DNA of 64,000 nucleotides, taken from positions 5,588-69,587 of the forward strand of contig JBBSJL010000002.1 of assembly GCA_038257245.1 (NCBI GenBank), given 5' to 3'. A model generated the notes under the pieces. That model saw only the letters and a program-made list of their open reading frames with translations, did no database searches and was not told where the DNA came from. Shown here in pieces: positions 26,490-34,165 of this stretch. The first letter of the stretch is position 1; every line of letters begins with the position of its first letter. Position numbers and translations under genes: made by a program. The DNA is from Candidatus Saccharimonadales bacterium (GTDB lineage Bacteria; Patescibacteriota; Saccharimonadia; Saccharimonadales; JACQNP01).

Positions 26490-29045
26490 ATGAGTAAAAA
26501 TGTGAAACGAATATTTAATGATTTTAAGCCAGAAAATTATGTCTTAGATCTTCGTCCAAATAAGGACAAAATGACCTTCGAAGGAACAGTTGTAATTACT
26601 GGAAAAAAAACTGGACGACCATCAAAGCGTCTGACGCTACACCAAAAAGGCCTCGTTATTACTGACTGCACTGTTCAGAAAAACGATAGAACAGGTGTAG
26701 TAAACATTGAGATAGAGCGCACTAACAATCACAATAACTACGACGAGCTGCGGATTCATACTAAATCATTAGTTTACCCTGGGCAGTACACTATTACACT
26801 CAATTTTAAAGGGAAAATTTCACCACAAATGAATGGTATGTACCCCTGTAACTTTGAAGATAATGAACATAAAAAAATGCTTATTGCCACGCAGTTCGAA
26901 AGCCACCATGCCCGAGAGGTATTTCCGTGTGTTGATGAACCAGAGGCCAAGGCCACTTTCGATCTAACCCTAACCACACCAAATAATGAAACAGTTATTG
27001 CAAACACACCGATCAAATCTCAAAAGCCAAACAAAGATCTAACTACAACGGTGTTTGAAACCACACCTATAATGTCCACCTACTTGTTGGCATTTGTTTA
27101 CGGTGATATGGGTTATAAAGAAGCCAAAACCAAGGCTGGAGTAACCGTAAGAACATATGCAACTCCAGCAAATGTAAAGTACACTGATTTCGCTCTAGAT
27201 GTAGCCGTTAAATGCTTAGATTTTTATAACGATTACTTCGGGATTCCGTATCCTCTTGAAAAATGTGACATGATAGCACTGCCCGACTTTGCCAGTGGAG
27301 CAATGGAAAACTGGAGCTGTATTACTTACCGTGAACAGTGCATGTTAGTAGACCCAAAGAACACTTCGCTACCCACTAAACAGTATGTAGCCATGGTCGT
27401 AGCGCACGAATTAGCTCATCAGTGGTTTGGTAACCTAGTTACTATGCGTTGGTGGACAGATTTGTGGCTTAACGAAGGGTTTGCCAGCTGGATAGAGTAC
27501 ATGGCAGTTGATCACATATTCCCTGAATGGCAAATGTGGACTCAATTTTCTGTTGACGAACAACACCGTGCGTTTAAGCTTGATGCTTTGGAACATACTC
27601 ATCCGATTGAGGTGCCAATAAAACACCCCGATGAAATACGTAGCATATTTGACACTATTAGCTACAGCAAGGGTGCGAGTGTGATTCACATGCTGCACGC
27701 ATATCTTGGGGCTAATAGTTTCCGAAAAGGGCTACAGCACTATCTTAAAAAACACTCCTATGCCAACACTGACACTGTGGACCTGTGGCAATCATTAGAA
27801 GATGTTTCCAAAGTACCTGTTCGACAATTCATGCATGCCTGGACCAGCCAGAGTGGTTACCCTGTAGTGTCAATCAACACTGAAGGCAAAACGACTGAAG
27901 TTTCACAACGACGTTTTTATATTAATCCGGAGCATCCTTCTGGCAGTAAAACTCTGTGGCCAATATCACTTCAGGCCAACAAATCATTTCCAGAAGTATT
28001 GAACAAAGGGTCTTTACAAATCAATGTCAAAGATGGCGACGGCATCAAGCTCAATCAAAATCAAACTGGGTTTTTTAGGGTAGATTACGATACAGAACAG
28101 TTACGAAGTTTGGGACAACAAGTTATGCTGGGTAAGCTTACACCTCTGGATAGACTCGGTATACTAAGTGACGTTTTTGAATGTGCAAAGGCCGGACATA
28201 CATCTACTATCAATGCTCTATCTTTTTTGGAAAGCTTCGCGAACGAAGACAATAATGCGGTGTGGGACGTCATAGCAGCCAGCCTTGGGTCGACAAGGAA
28301 CACAATGAACGATGAACAGCTTCGCGATAACATGAAACCATTCATTATCAAACTTACATCAATACAATATAAAAGACTAGGTTGGAAGCCAAAAAAGAAT
28401 GAAAACTATTTTGATTCTTTACTAAGGTCAACAATTATTGGTCTAAACTGTAGCGCAGACGAAAATACCGCAGTAAAATCAGCGCTACTTATGTTCGACA
28501 AAGCAAAAACTACTGAAGATATCCAAGCAGACTTGCGTAGCACGGTGTTTAATACGACTGTTCGTGTTCGTAATAATCCAGATACATTTAACAAATTACT
28601 AGAAATGTACGATAGCTGTAACTTGAGCGAAGAAAAAACGACTATTGCCTCCGCGTTAACTGGATTTAAGGACAAAAAACTATACTCAAAAGCATTAGCT
28701 ATGATTAAAACTGATGTGGTACGACATCAAGACATTAGCTATTGGATAATCTATAGTTTTTCTAATAGATTTGCACGCGAAGATACCTGGAAGTGGCTAA
28801 AGCTTAACTGGAAGTGGCTAGATAAATCTATTGGTAATGACCTAAGTTTCCATAGGTTTCCTTTATATGCAGCAAGTGCCTTTAGTGACCGGAAGTTTAT
28901 ACCAGAATATACGAAGTTTTTTGACTTACATAGAGATAGTTCACTGGAGCGTTCAATAGATCAGGGGCTAGAAACTTTGCAATGGCAATCAACTTGGCGA
29001 CAACATGACCTAGAAAGTATTAAAAGTTACTTTAGCTCAAAGTAA
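26490..29045 (+). CDS. pepN: M1-family aminopeptidase N
   Basis: 851 aa with the GAMEN exopeptidase motif, the HELAHQWFGN...WLNEGFA zinc site and an ERAP1-like C-terminal helical domain. Confidence 0.92.
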   Translation: MSKNVKRIFNDFKPENYVLDLRPNKDKMTFEGTVVITGKKTGRPSKRLTLHQKGLVITDCTVQKNDRTGVVNIEIERTNNHNNYDELRIHTKSLVYPGQYTITLNFKGKISPQMNGMYPCNFEDNEHKKMLIATQFESHHAREVFPCVDEPEAKATFDLTLTTPNNETVIANTPIKSQKPNKDLTTTVFETTPIMSTYLLAFVYGDMGYKEAKTKAGVTVRTYATPANVKYTDFALDVAVKCLDFYNDYFGIPYPLEKCDMIALPDFASGAMENWSCITYREQCMLVDPKNTSLPTKQYVAMVVAHELAHQWFGNLVTMRWWTDLWLNEGFASWIEYMAVDHIFPEWQMWTQFSVDEQHRAFKLDALEHTHPIEVPIKHPDEIRSIFDTISYSKGASVIHMLHAYLGANSFRKGLQHYLKKHSYANTDTVDLWQSLEDVSKVPVRQFMHAWTSQSGYPVVSINTEGKTTEVSQRRFYINPEHPSGSKTLWPISLQANKSFPEVLNKGSLQINVKDGDGIKLNQNQTGFFRVDYDTEQLRSLGQQVMLGKLTPLDRLGILSDVFECAKAGHTSTINALSFLESFANEDNNAVWDVIAASLGSTRNTMNDEQLRDNMKPFIIKLTSIQYKRLGWKPKKNENYFDSLLRSTIIGLNCSADENTAVKSALLMFDKAKTTEDIQADLRSTVFNTTVRVRNNPDTFNKLLEMYDSCNLSEEKTTIASALTGFKDKKLYSKALAMIKTDVVRHQDISYWIIYSFSNRFAREDTWKWLKLNWKWLDKSIGNDLSFHRFPLYAASAFSDRKFIPEYTKFFDLHRDSSLERSIDQGLETLQWQSTWRQHDLESIKSYFSSK

Positions 29046-29075
29046 ACACTAGCAATTTTTTTGTCATAGGTTAAG

Positions 29076-29084
29076 TGTTATAGT
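29076..29084 (+). promoter_or_regulatory. Extended -10 (TGtTATAGT), 7 nt before the ATG at 29092
   Basis: Sequence is agTGtTATAGT-ctttctg-ATG. No SD is visible. Confidence 0.4.
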
Positions 29085-29091
29085 CTTTCTG

Positions 29092-29934
29092 ATGATTAGA
29101 CCAGAAGTATCCGTGGAAAGCTACGCAGCTATAGATGAACTGTACGGATTTTATGACGAACACATCCAGAGTCAAGTTTTTGCAAGAACAGCACATTTTT
29201 TACTTAGTAAAATATACAAACCGACCACATCTTTTGCACTGGGTGCGGAGGATGCAATTCGTCAAGATATAGACGATGGCCGGAAATTGGCAATCGACCC
29301 CAATCACCTAACGGGTGACGACCAATACGTTGTTGTCGCTGTAGCTGAAAAAGAACAGGTTTTTCACCCATTAAGAGGAAATACAATTATTCCGACTGAG
29401 CCGTCTTTATCGTCTGCGTCATTAAAGCGAGGTGGCCAACTCTTAAGATGGGCCTGCGATGGCTTGGGCTCAATTCCTATTACGCGCAACGAAGACTATT
29501 TCGAGAGACAAGGAGTTGAGCTCACTCCTGAAAGAAAAGAACTAGTACGATATGGAGCGCAACGCGCCAGTCAAACTTGGGAATATAAAATTACTGAGCA
29601 ACCAAATCACATTGCGTTTTTCCCGGAGAGTAATCGAAACCGAACTGATCATACTAAGGTTCAACCACATAAAACGGGGGTTATAAGGAGTTTACTGCAA
29701 GCATCGAATCAAGTTGGGATATCGATGGTCCCTTGGGGGATGTATTTTGGTGGCGAACCTACTGATTATAATAAGCTTGACGTACCAGACAAATATACTC
29801 CACATGTTCATGTGGGTATGCCAATTCAACTTGAACAATTTTCGTCACCAGATGAAGTAGTATCCGTACTTCGACCAGCTATGCAAGCCTGTGTTGATGT
29901 GGCAGTGAGAGCATGTCAAATTAGAGCAGCTTAA
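29092..29934 (+). CDS. LPLAT/PlsC-like acyltransferase (apparently soluble)
   Basis: 280 aa with four AGPAT-type blocks in order: NHLTGDD (HX4D), GSIPITR, FPESNRNR and ISMVPWG. No obvious TM helix. Confidence 0.55.
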   Translation: MIRPEVSVESYAAIDELYGFYDEHIQSQVFARTAHFLLSKIYKPTTSFALGAEDAIRQDIDDGRKLAIDPNHLTGDDQYVVVAVAEKEQVFHPLRGNTIIPTEPSLSSASLKRGGQLLRWACDGLGSIPITRNEDYFERQGVELTPERKELVRYGAQRASQTWEYKITEQPNHIAFFPESNRNRTDHTKVQPHKTGVIRSLLQASNQVGISMVPWGMYFGGEPTDYNKLDVPDKYTPHVHVGMPIQLEQFSSPDEVVSVLRPAMQACVDVAVRACQIRAA

Positions 29935-29959
29935 CGCAGCAGATAAAGGTATACCGATA

Positions 29960-31093
29960 ATGGACGGCGTAGAATACTTTAAACATTTTGAGACACCCGA
30001 ATCTAGATTTTCAGAACGCGATAATCCAAACCTAGTAGAAATAAGTAGCGATTTGGCATACAAACTGAGAGCTCTATATTTCGTAGGCGATGTAGCCCTA
30101 TTAGGATCACAAGAAACCCAACTAGCAAACCATGCAACACAAACAGTTTCCTCTCATAGACAACTACGAAACTTGATGGGGGCGATTGATTTAACCTATA
30201 AGCCCAACGACGATATGGCGGATCTTTCTGATAGTGGAGAACAAGACGTCGTACGTATGATTAAAAGCGAACGCGACACATTGAGTGGTAGATTTGCTGT
30301 GCATAACGACCTTTTACTTAGTCGGGTTATTTCAAAAATACATAACGCTGGTCCAACACCAAATAAAAACTCAACGCCACAAACAATAGTAAAAAACGAA
30401 TTGCGAAGCCAAAACAAAGAACTAGCTAAGCTATTATGGGGATGGCAATCAACTGTAAGGGCTAATTACGATTCCAATGACAGCGGAACATACAAAGACT
30501 TTTCGCTTGAAATAGACAGAAGTCATGGTTTTCACGTTCCAGAATGGGTATTAGAAGCTAAAGACCCGGATGGGCCTGCTCAGATATTATGTTCTATAAT
30601 CAACGAACTCGAAACATTACTTGTTCTCAATGAGTGGGTTGTTGCCAAAGGATTACCTTACCTGCCAATAATTGCACCGATACACTATGAAGCAAGCATA
30701 ACTGAGTCCGCAAAGAACCCCCATGCGGACATTTTATTATGTTGTCTGGAACCCGGTGTTAACGATGTTGTGCCAATTCAGGTGAAAAAACGGGTCGTTG
30801 AAATGACAAGAGAAAGATATATAGATGGCATGGTGTTCATCACCCCCCAAGATTTTGGTCAAACCAATGTCTCTCATCTACCTATTAGAGAAAAAGGTGT
30901 CGTGCGAACAGGCAATAGAGTTACCTATACTTATGGTGAAATACTATCGGATTTTGTCACAGCCAATTCTATGAGAAAGGGCTATAAACCGACTAAACAA
31001 CAGAAGAAGCGACAGTCAGACAGGATTGACCTAGCACTTGCAGGAATTGATAGAATAATGACCCGAGAAGGTCTATTTACTTCTCCCAGTTGA
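29960..31093 (+). CDS. Hypothetical protein with a C-terminal PD-(D/E)xK nuclease-like signature
   Basis: 377 aa. The N-terminal ~200 aa are unrecognisable. The C-terminal part carries helix INELETLLVLNEW, strand PHADILLCCL (D257) and strand VVPIQVKK (Q274-x-K276), in the order and spacing of the restriction-endonuclease fold. It lies 25 nt after the acyltransferase gene. Confidence 0.35.
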   Translation: MDGVEYFKHFETPESRFSERDNPNLVEISSDLAYKLRALYFVGDVALLGSQETQLANHATQTVSSHRQLRNLMGAIDLTYKPNDDMADLSDSGEQDVVRMIKSERDTLSGRFAVHNDLLLSRVISKIHNAGPTPNKNSTPQTIVKNELRSQNKELAKLLWGWQSTVRANYDSNDSGTYKDFSLEIDRSHGFHVPEWVLEAKDPDGPAQILCSIINELETLLVLNEWVVAKGLPYLPIIAPIHYEASITESAKNPHADILLCCLEPGVNDVVPIQVKKRVVEMTRERYIDGMVFITPQDFGQTNVSHLPIREKGVVRTGNRVTYTYGEILSDFVTANSMRKGYKPTKQQKKRQSDRIDLALAGIDRIMTREGLFTSPS

Positions 31094-32060
31094 ATTCTGA
31101 ATGCCCAAAATGTCCATAGCGTGCAGTTGTCTCATAATGGGGGGTCTTGAGCTTCAGCCAGCCTACAATGCCGTTTGGTGATAGGTCATAGCCCTCTACA
31201 TTGTGTTGTTTACCATCTACAATAACGGTTGCTTCCAGTGGCTGATTATATCCGATAGCATAAGCCAGGTAGCAGAATACCTCTTTAGCTGAATTCTTTT
31301 TTAAATAGTCTATAGCAATTTTGCGGGCTGCGTAGGCAGCAGAACGATCAACCTTGCTTGGGTCTTTGCCGCTAAAACAACCACCACCTATAGGTATACG
31401 CGGTCCGTAGTTATCAACTACAAGTTTACGTCCAGTCAGGCCAGTATCTGCGTCAAAACCACCTTGGTCCCAATCACCTGCTGGATTGACGTGGAGCTTT
31501 ACGTTTTTGCTGACAACGGCAAGTTTCTGACTACGCAGCCACTCTTGGACTTCTTTCTTTAACTCAGCCGACTTAGCATGTTGAAAGCTTGCAACCACTG
31601 ATTCGATCTGTTCACCACGAAGTGTAACCTGTGTCTTCCCATCGTGTGGCCAAATATCAAATACGTGCTGATTTAGCTGTCTTGATAATACTGTCTCAAG
31701 GGGCAATAGTTCTTCGGTCTCATTGCATGCATATCCAACCATAATACCCTGGTCGCCAGCGCCACCAGAATCAACACCTCCTGCAATCTCTGGGCTCTGT
31801 TGCACTATTCTTACCTCAACTTCAACATCTCCAGCTAAACGGTGAACGATTCGTTCCACGTCCACTTCTGCTTTACTTGTGACTTCACCAACGACAAATA
31901 CCTTGCCATGTCCTCCTACTGTTTCTACAGCTACTCTGGAATCCGCATCTTTTGTTAAATACGCATCCAAAATTGCATCTGATATTTGATCACAAATCTT
32001 ATCTGGGTGTTTAGGTGAAACACTCTCTGCTGTTTTATAGTTTGTTGCTTTTACGGACAT
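31077..32060 (-). CDS. metK: S-adenosylmethionine synthetase (compact, ~327 aa)
   Basis: MetK blocks are present: SPKHPDKICDQISDAILDA, GAGDQGIMVGYA, GLTGRKLVVDNYG and GGGCFSGKDPSKVDRSAAYAARKIA. Real start is ATG 32060 (MSVKAT), directly after the riboswitch terminator and AAGGAG. The track ORF reads 27 nt into the leader. Confidence 0.93.
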   Translation of the reverse strand: MSVKATNYKTAESVSPKHPDKICDQISDAILDAYLTKDADSRVAVETVGGHGKVFVVGEVTSKAEVDVERIVHRLAGDVEVEVRIVQQSPEIAGGVDSGGAGDQGIMVGYACNETEELLPLETVLSRQLNQHVFDIWPHDGKTQVTLRGEQIESVVASFQHAKSAELKKEVQEWLRSQKLAVVSKNVKLHVNPAGDWDQGGFDADTGLTGRKLVVDNYGPRIPIGGGCFSGKDPSKVDRSAAYAARKIAIDYLKKNSAKEVFCYLAYAIGYNQPLEATVIVDGKQHNVEGYDLSPNGIVGWLKLKTPHYETTARYGHFGHSEFNWEK

Positions 32061-32215
32061 AAAAAAACTCCTTTCTATCGAGCCCACGACTAGGTCAGAA
32101 AAGGAGTGTCATCTCATCATCTTTCCCGTAATGGGCTGAACTTAGCACCTTACTAATCGATAGTAGGTTGCCGGTGGGTCAATGGGTCAGATCCCTCTCC
32201 ACGCTCTTGATAGTG
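32061..32215 (-). promoter_or_regulatory. SAM-I (S-box) riboswitch with terminator / SD-sequestering expression platform
   Basis: Minus strand 32215..32113 reads cacTATCAAGAGcgtGGAGaGGGAtctGaCCCattGAcCCaccGGCAACCtactatcgattagtaaGGTGCTAAgttCagCccattacggGAAAGATGAtGAG, matching the S-box core. It is followed by ACTCCTTT...AAAGGAGT plus TTTTTTT (32108..32061). The 3' arm of that hairpin contains the metK SD. Confidence 0.88.
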
Positions 32216-32314
32216 ATTTAATTGTTAACCATCTAATCTTACATGTCCCTCTAAATAATGCAACTATTTTGTGCTACTTCAATGCCCTGTCGATACAGAA
32301 AAAAGCATAAACCG

Positions 32315-32659
32315 CTAAATGTCTAAAACAAATTCAGTGACAGTATAATCGTCTCCTGTTACTTCGATTACAGCTAGTTGATACTGATCTTGCCAACTGT
32401 TGTTGCGGACCCATAATTCAGCAGCGAATTGCATTTGTTTTAGCTTCTTGGGTGTTATGTAATCTAATCCATGCCCTTGATCGGCAGTTTTTCGGTATTT
32501 TACTTCGACGAGGTAAGCCACATTATTGTTTTGGGCCACTATGTCAATTTCGCAGAGTTTAGTTTTCCAATTAACATCTAGAATCTTGAAACCTTGGGCC
32601 TTAAGGTAGTTTGTAGCTACTTCTTCGGCATCATGACCATGAGTATAGTTAGTTGACAT
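32315..32659 (-). CDS. yraN: YraN family (UPF0102) endonuclease-like protein
   Basis: 114 aa with GHDAEEVATNYL...CEIDIVAQ...YLVEVKYR, the PD-(D/E)xK core typical of YraN. It follows rnhB, a conserved pairing. Confidence 0.8.
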   Translation of the reverse strand: MSTNYTHGHDAEEVATNYLKAQGFKILDVNWKTKLCEIDIVAQNNNVAYLVEVKYRKTADQGHGLDYITPKKLKQMQFAAELWVRNNSWQDQYQLAVIEVTGDDYTVTEFVLDI

Positions 32660-33224
32660 TTATAATCCTCATGATCGGCGCATAGCTTTTTCTATGAATA
32701 GTAGTTATGCCATATTTTCTCAAGGCATCGCTATGAAGCTTAGTACCATAGCCAACGTGTGATTCAAATCCATAGTTAGGATGGGTTTTAACCATTTCAG
32801 CCATATAGTTATCCCTAGCAACCTTTGCAACAATACTAGCAGCACTGACGATAGTGTACTTGCTATCAGCCCGTACGACCGTCTTAACATTAACGTATTC
32901 TTCGTTACAGTAGTTAGTACTGCCGTCCATGATGATAGGTTCTGTTGCTCCAGCTTCTAGCATTAACAAAGCCCTACTAACACCCAGCTTCATAGCCATA
33001 GCCAAGCCAAGACGATCAATATCTTCTGGGCTAACCCAACCTTCACCAATGTCACATGTTGCTTTTATGTCTATATTCAAGGACTCTCTTCTTGCTTTAG
33101 ATAGTACTTTAGAATCTCTTAGCCCGTCGGGTAATTCATTTGCTTGGCGTGCTGCAACCACTAGTAAGGGTCCCGCCCATGCACCCCTACCAACCTCGTC
33201 TATACCAATTGCTTTTTCGTCCAT
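32649..33224 (-). CDS. rnhB: Ribonuclease HII
   Basis: 191 aa with GIDEVGRGAWAGPL and DSKVLS motifs. AGGAG SD upstream. Confidence 0.93.
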   Translation of the reverse strand: MDEKAIGIDEVGRGAWAGPLLVVAARQANELPDGLRDSKVLSKARRESLNIDIKATCDIGEGWVSPEDIDRLGLAMAMKLGVSRALLMLEAGATEPIIMDGSTNYCNEEYVNVKTVVRADSKYTIVSAASIVAKVARDNYMAEMVKTHPNYGFESHVGYGTKLHSDALRKYGITTIHRKSYAPIMRIINVN

Positions 33225-33253
33225 ACTTTTACTCCTATATTTGTAATAATAAC

Positions 33254-33278
33254 AAAAAAACCGCCTGAATGGCGGCTG
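33254..33278 (-). terminator. Rho-independent terminator after rplS
   Basis: Minus strand reads CCGCC-attca-GGCGG followed by TTTTTTT. The stem is short and GC-only with a 7-U tail. Confidence 0.6.
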
Positions 33279-33300
33279 GTAATATTCAGTTTTAGGTTAT

Positions 33301-33834
33301 CTAGCTATCTTTACTAGTTGCTTCTTCGTGTTGGGCGAGTGCTGCAGCAACTTTTGCTTCTTCTTGTGCACCTTCTTTGGCTTTTTTGGCTTCTTCTTCT
33401 TGGTGAGCCTTTTTGGCTTCTTCGTGGAGCTTTGCTTCCTCTTCTTCAGCTTTTTCGTCATGAATAGCATTTACGCCCTCACGGTCAAAATCAACATTAC
33501 TTAGTCGAGCTGACTTACCGGTTCGTTCTCGCATATAGGTTAAATAGTTTCGGCGGACTTTGCTACGCTTAGTAATTTCAATCTTCACGATTAGTGGGCT
33601 GTGCAGTAAAAAACTTTTCTCTACGCCTACTCCACTAGATATCCTACGCACCAGTACTCTTGCTGTGTGACTGTTTTTTCTATCTACACGGATAACCAAG
33701 CCTTGAAAAATCTGAACACGTTCTTTGCTGCCTTCTTTGATTTTCTGGTGTACTTTTACAGTATCGCCCGGCATAACATCAACAACTTGTACCTTCTTAA
33801 ACTTTTCCTCAACTTTTTGAATAACTGATTGCAT
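33301..33834 (-). CDS. rplS: 50S ribosomal protein L19 with K/E/A-rich C-terminal extension
   Basis: L19 core is present (GDTVKVHQKIKEGSKERVQIFQGLVI). About 60 extra C-terminal residues are rich in E, K and A. Likely start is ATG 33834; the track start is TTG 33840. Confidence 0.92.
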   Translation of the reverse strand: MQSVIQKVEEKFKKVQVVDVMPGDTVKVHQKIKEGSKERVQIFQGLVIRVDRKNSHTARVLVRRISSGVGVEKSFLLHSPLIVKIEITKRSKVRRNYLTYMRERTGKSARLSNVDFDREGVNAIHDEKAEEEEAKLHEEAKKAHQEEEAKKAKEGAQEEAKVAAALAQHEEATSKDS

Positions 33835-33843
33835 AACCAAATA

Positions 33844-33872
33844 ATCCTACACTAAATCTGTAACTATTGCAA
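33844..33872 (-). promoter_or_regulatory. Candidate rplS promoter (TTGCAA-17-TAGGAT), 9 nt before the ATG
   Basis: Minus strand reads TTGCAA (33872..33867), a 17-nt spacer, TAGGAT (33849..33844), then tatttggtt and ATG. Confidence 0.35.
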
Positions 33873-33885
33873 CATCTTTCAGTGA

Positions 33886-34104
33886 TTATTTTACATCTGG
33901 GAGCGAGCGAAGATGTCGTCGTGATTCTTCTACTGGTAGATCTTCAGCACCGCAAAGCCCGGCCAGTCCCAATTCTCTAGCACGTCTTACTGCTTCTTCT
34001 TCGAAATTTTCTCCGCATCGTTCAATATCAACCTGGGCTGCCTGCTCAGCTTCTCGATCACTTCTATATTGAATCAATTTATCTATAAGTTCGTGTGGTT
34101 CCAT
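33886..34104 (-). CDS. Small acidic hypothetical protein (72 aa)
   Basis: ORF only, with no recognisable motif. It lies upstream of and co-oriented with rplS. Confidence 0.4.
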   Translation of the reverse strand: MEPHELIDKLIQYRSDREAEQAAQVDIERCGENFEEEAVRRARELGLAGLCGAEDLPVEESRRHLRSLPDVK

Positions 34105-34150
34105 ATGCAGTATTATTATTTTTTGACAACAGAAAATAATTATACATGAG

Positions 34151-34159
34151 TGGTATGAT
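34151..34159 (+). promoter_or_regulatory. Extended -10 (TGgTATGAT), 6 nt before the malic enzyme ATG
   Basis: Sequence is gTGgTATGAT-tagtct-ATG(34166). No SD is visible. Confidence 0.4.
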
Positions 34160-34165
34160 TAGTCT

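Noticed and set aside
32061-32087. N-terminal extensions of track ORFs: metK to 32087, nusA to 26453, tig to 6976, tyrS to 16460, GDPD from 60534, HD protein from 43791, galU to 43833, tkt C-subunit to 57099, rplS to 33840.
   Set aside because: The extensions run through a riboswitch or terminator, through promoter elements, or through the neighbouring gene. Internal ATGs give family-typical N-termini and sensible SD or -10 spacing.
33301-33480. A repetitive GGCTTCTTC-like DNA tract considered as a tandem repeat or CRISPR-like element.
   Set aside because: It is in-frame low-complexity coding sequence for the E/K/A tail of L19. It has no spacer-repeat periodicity.
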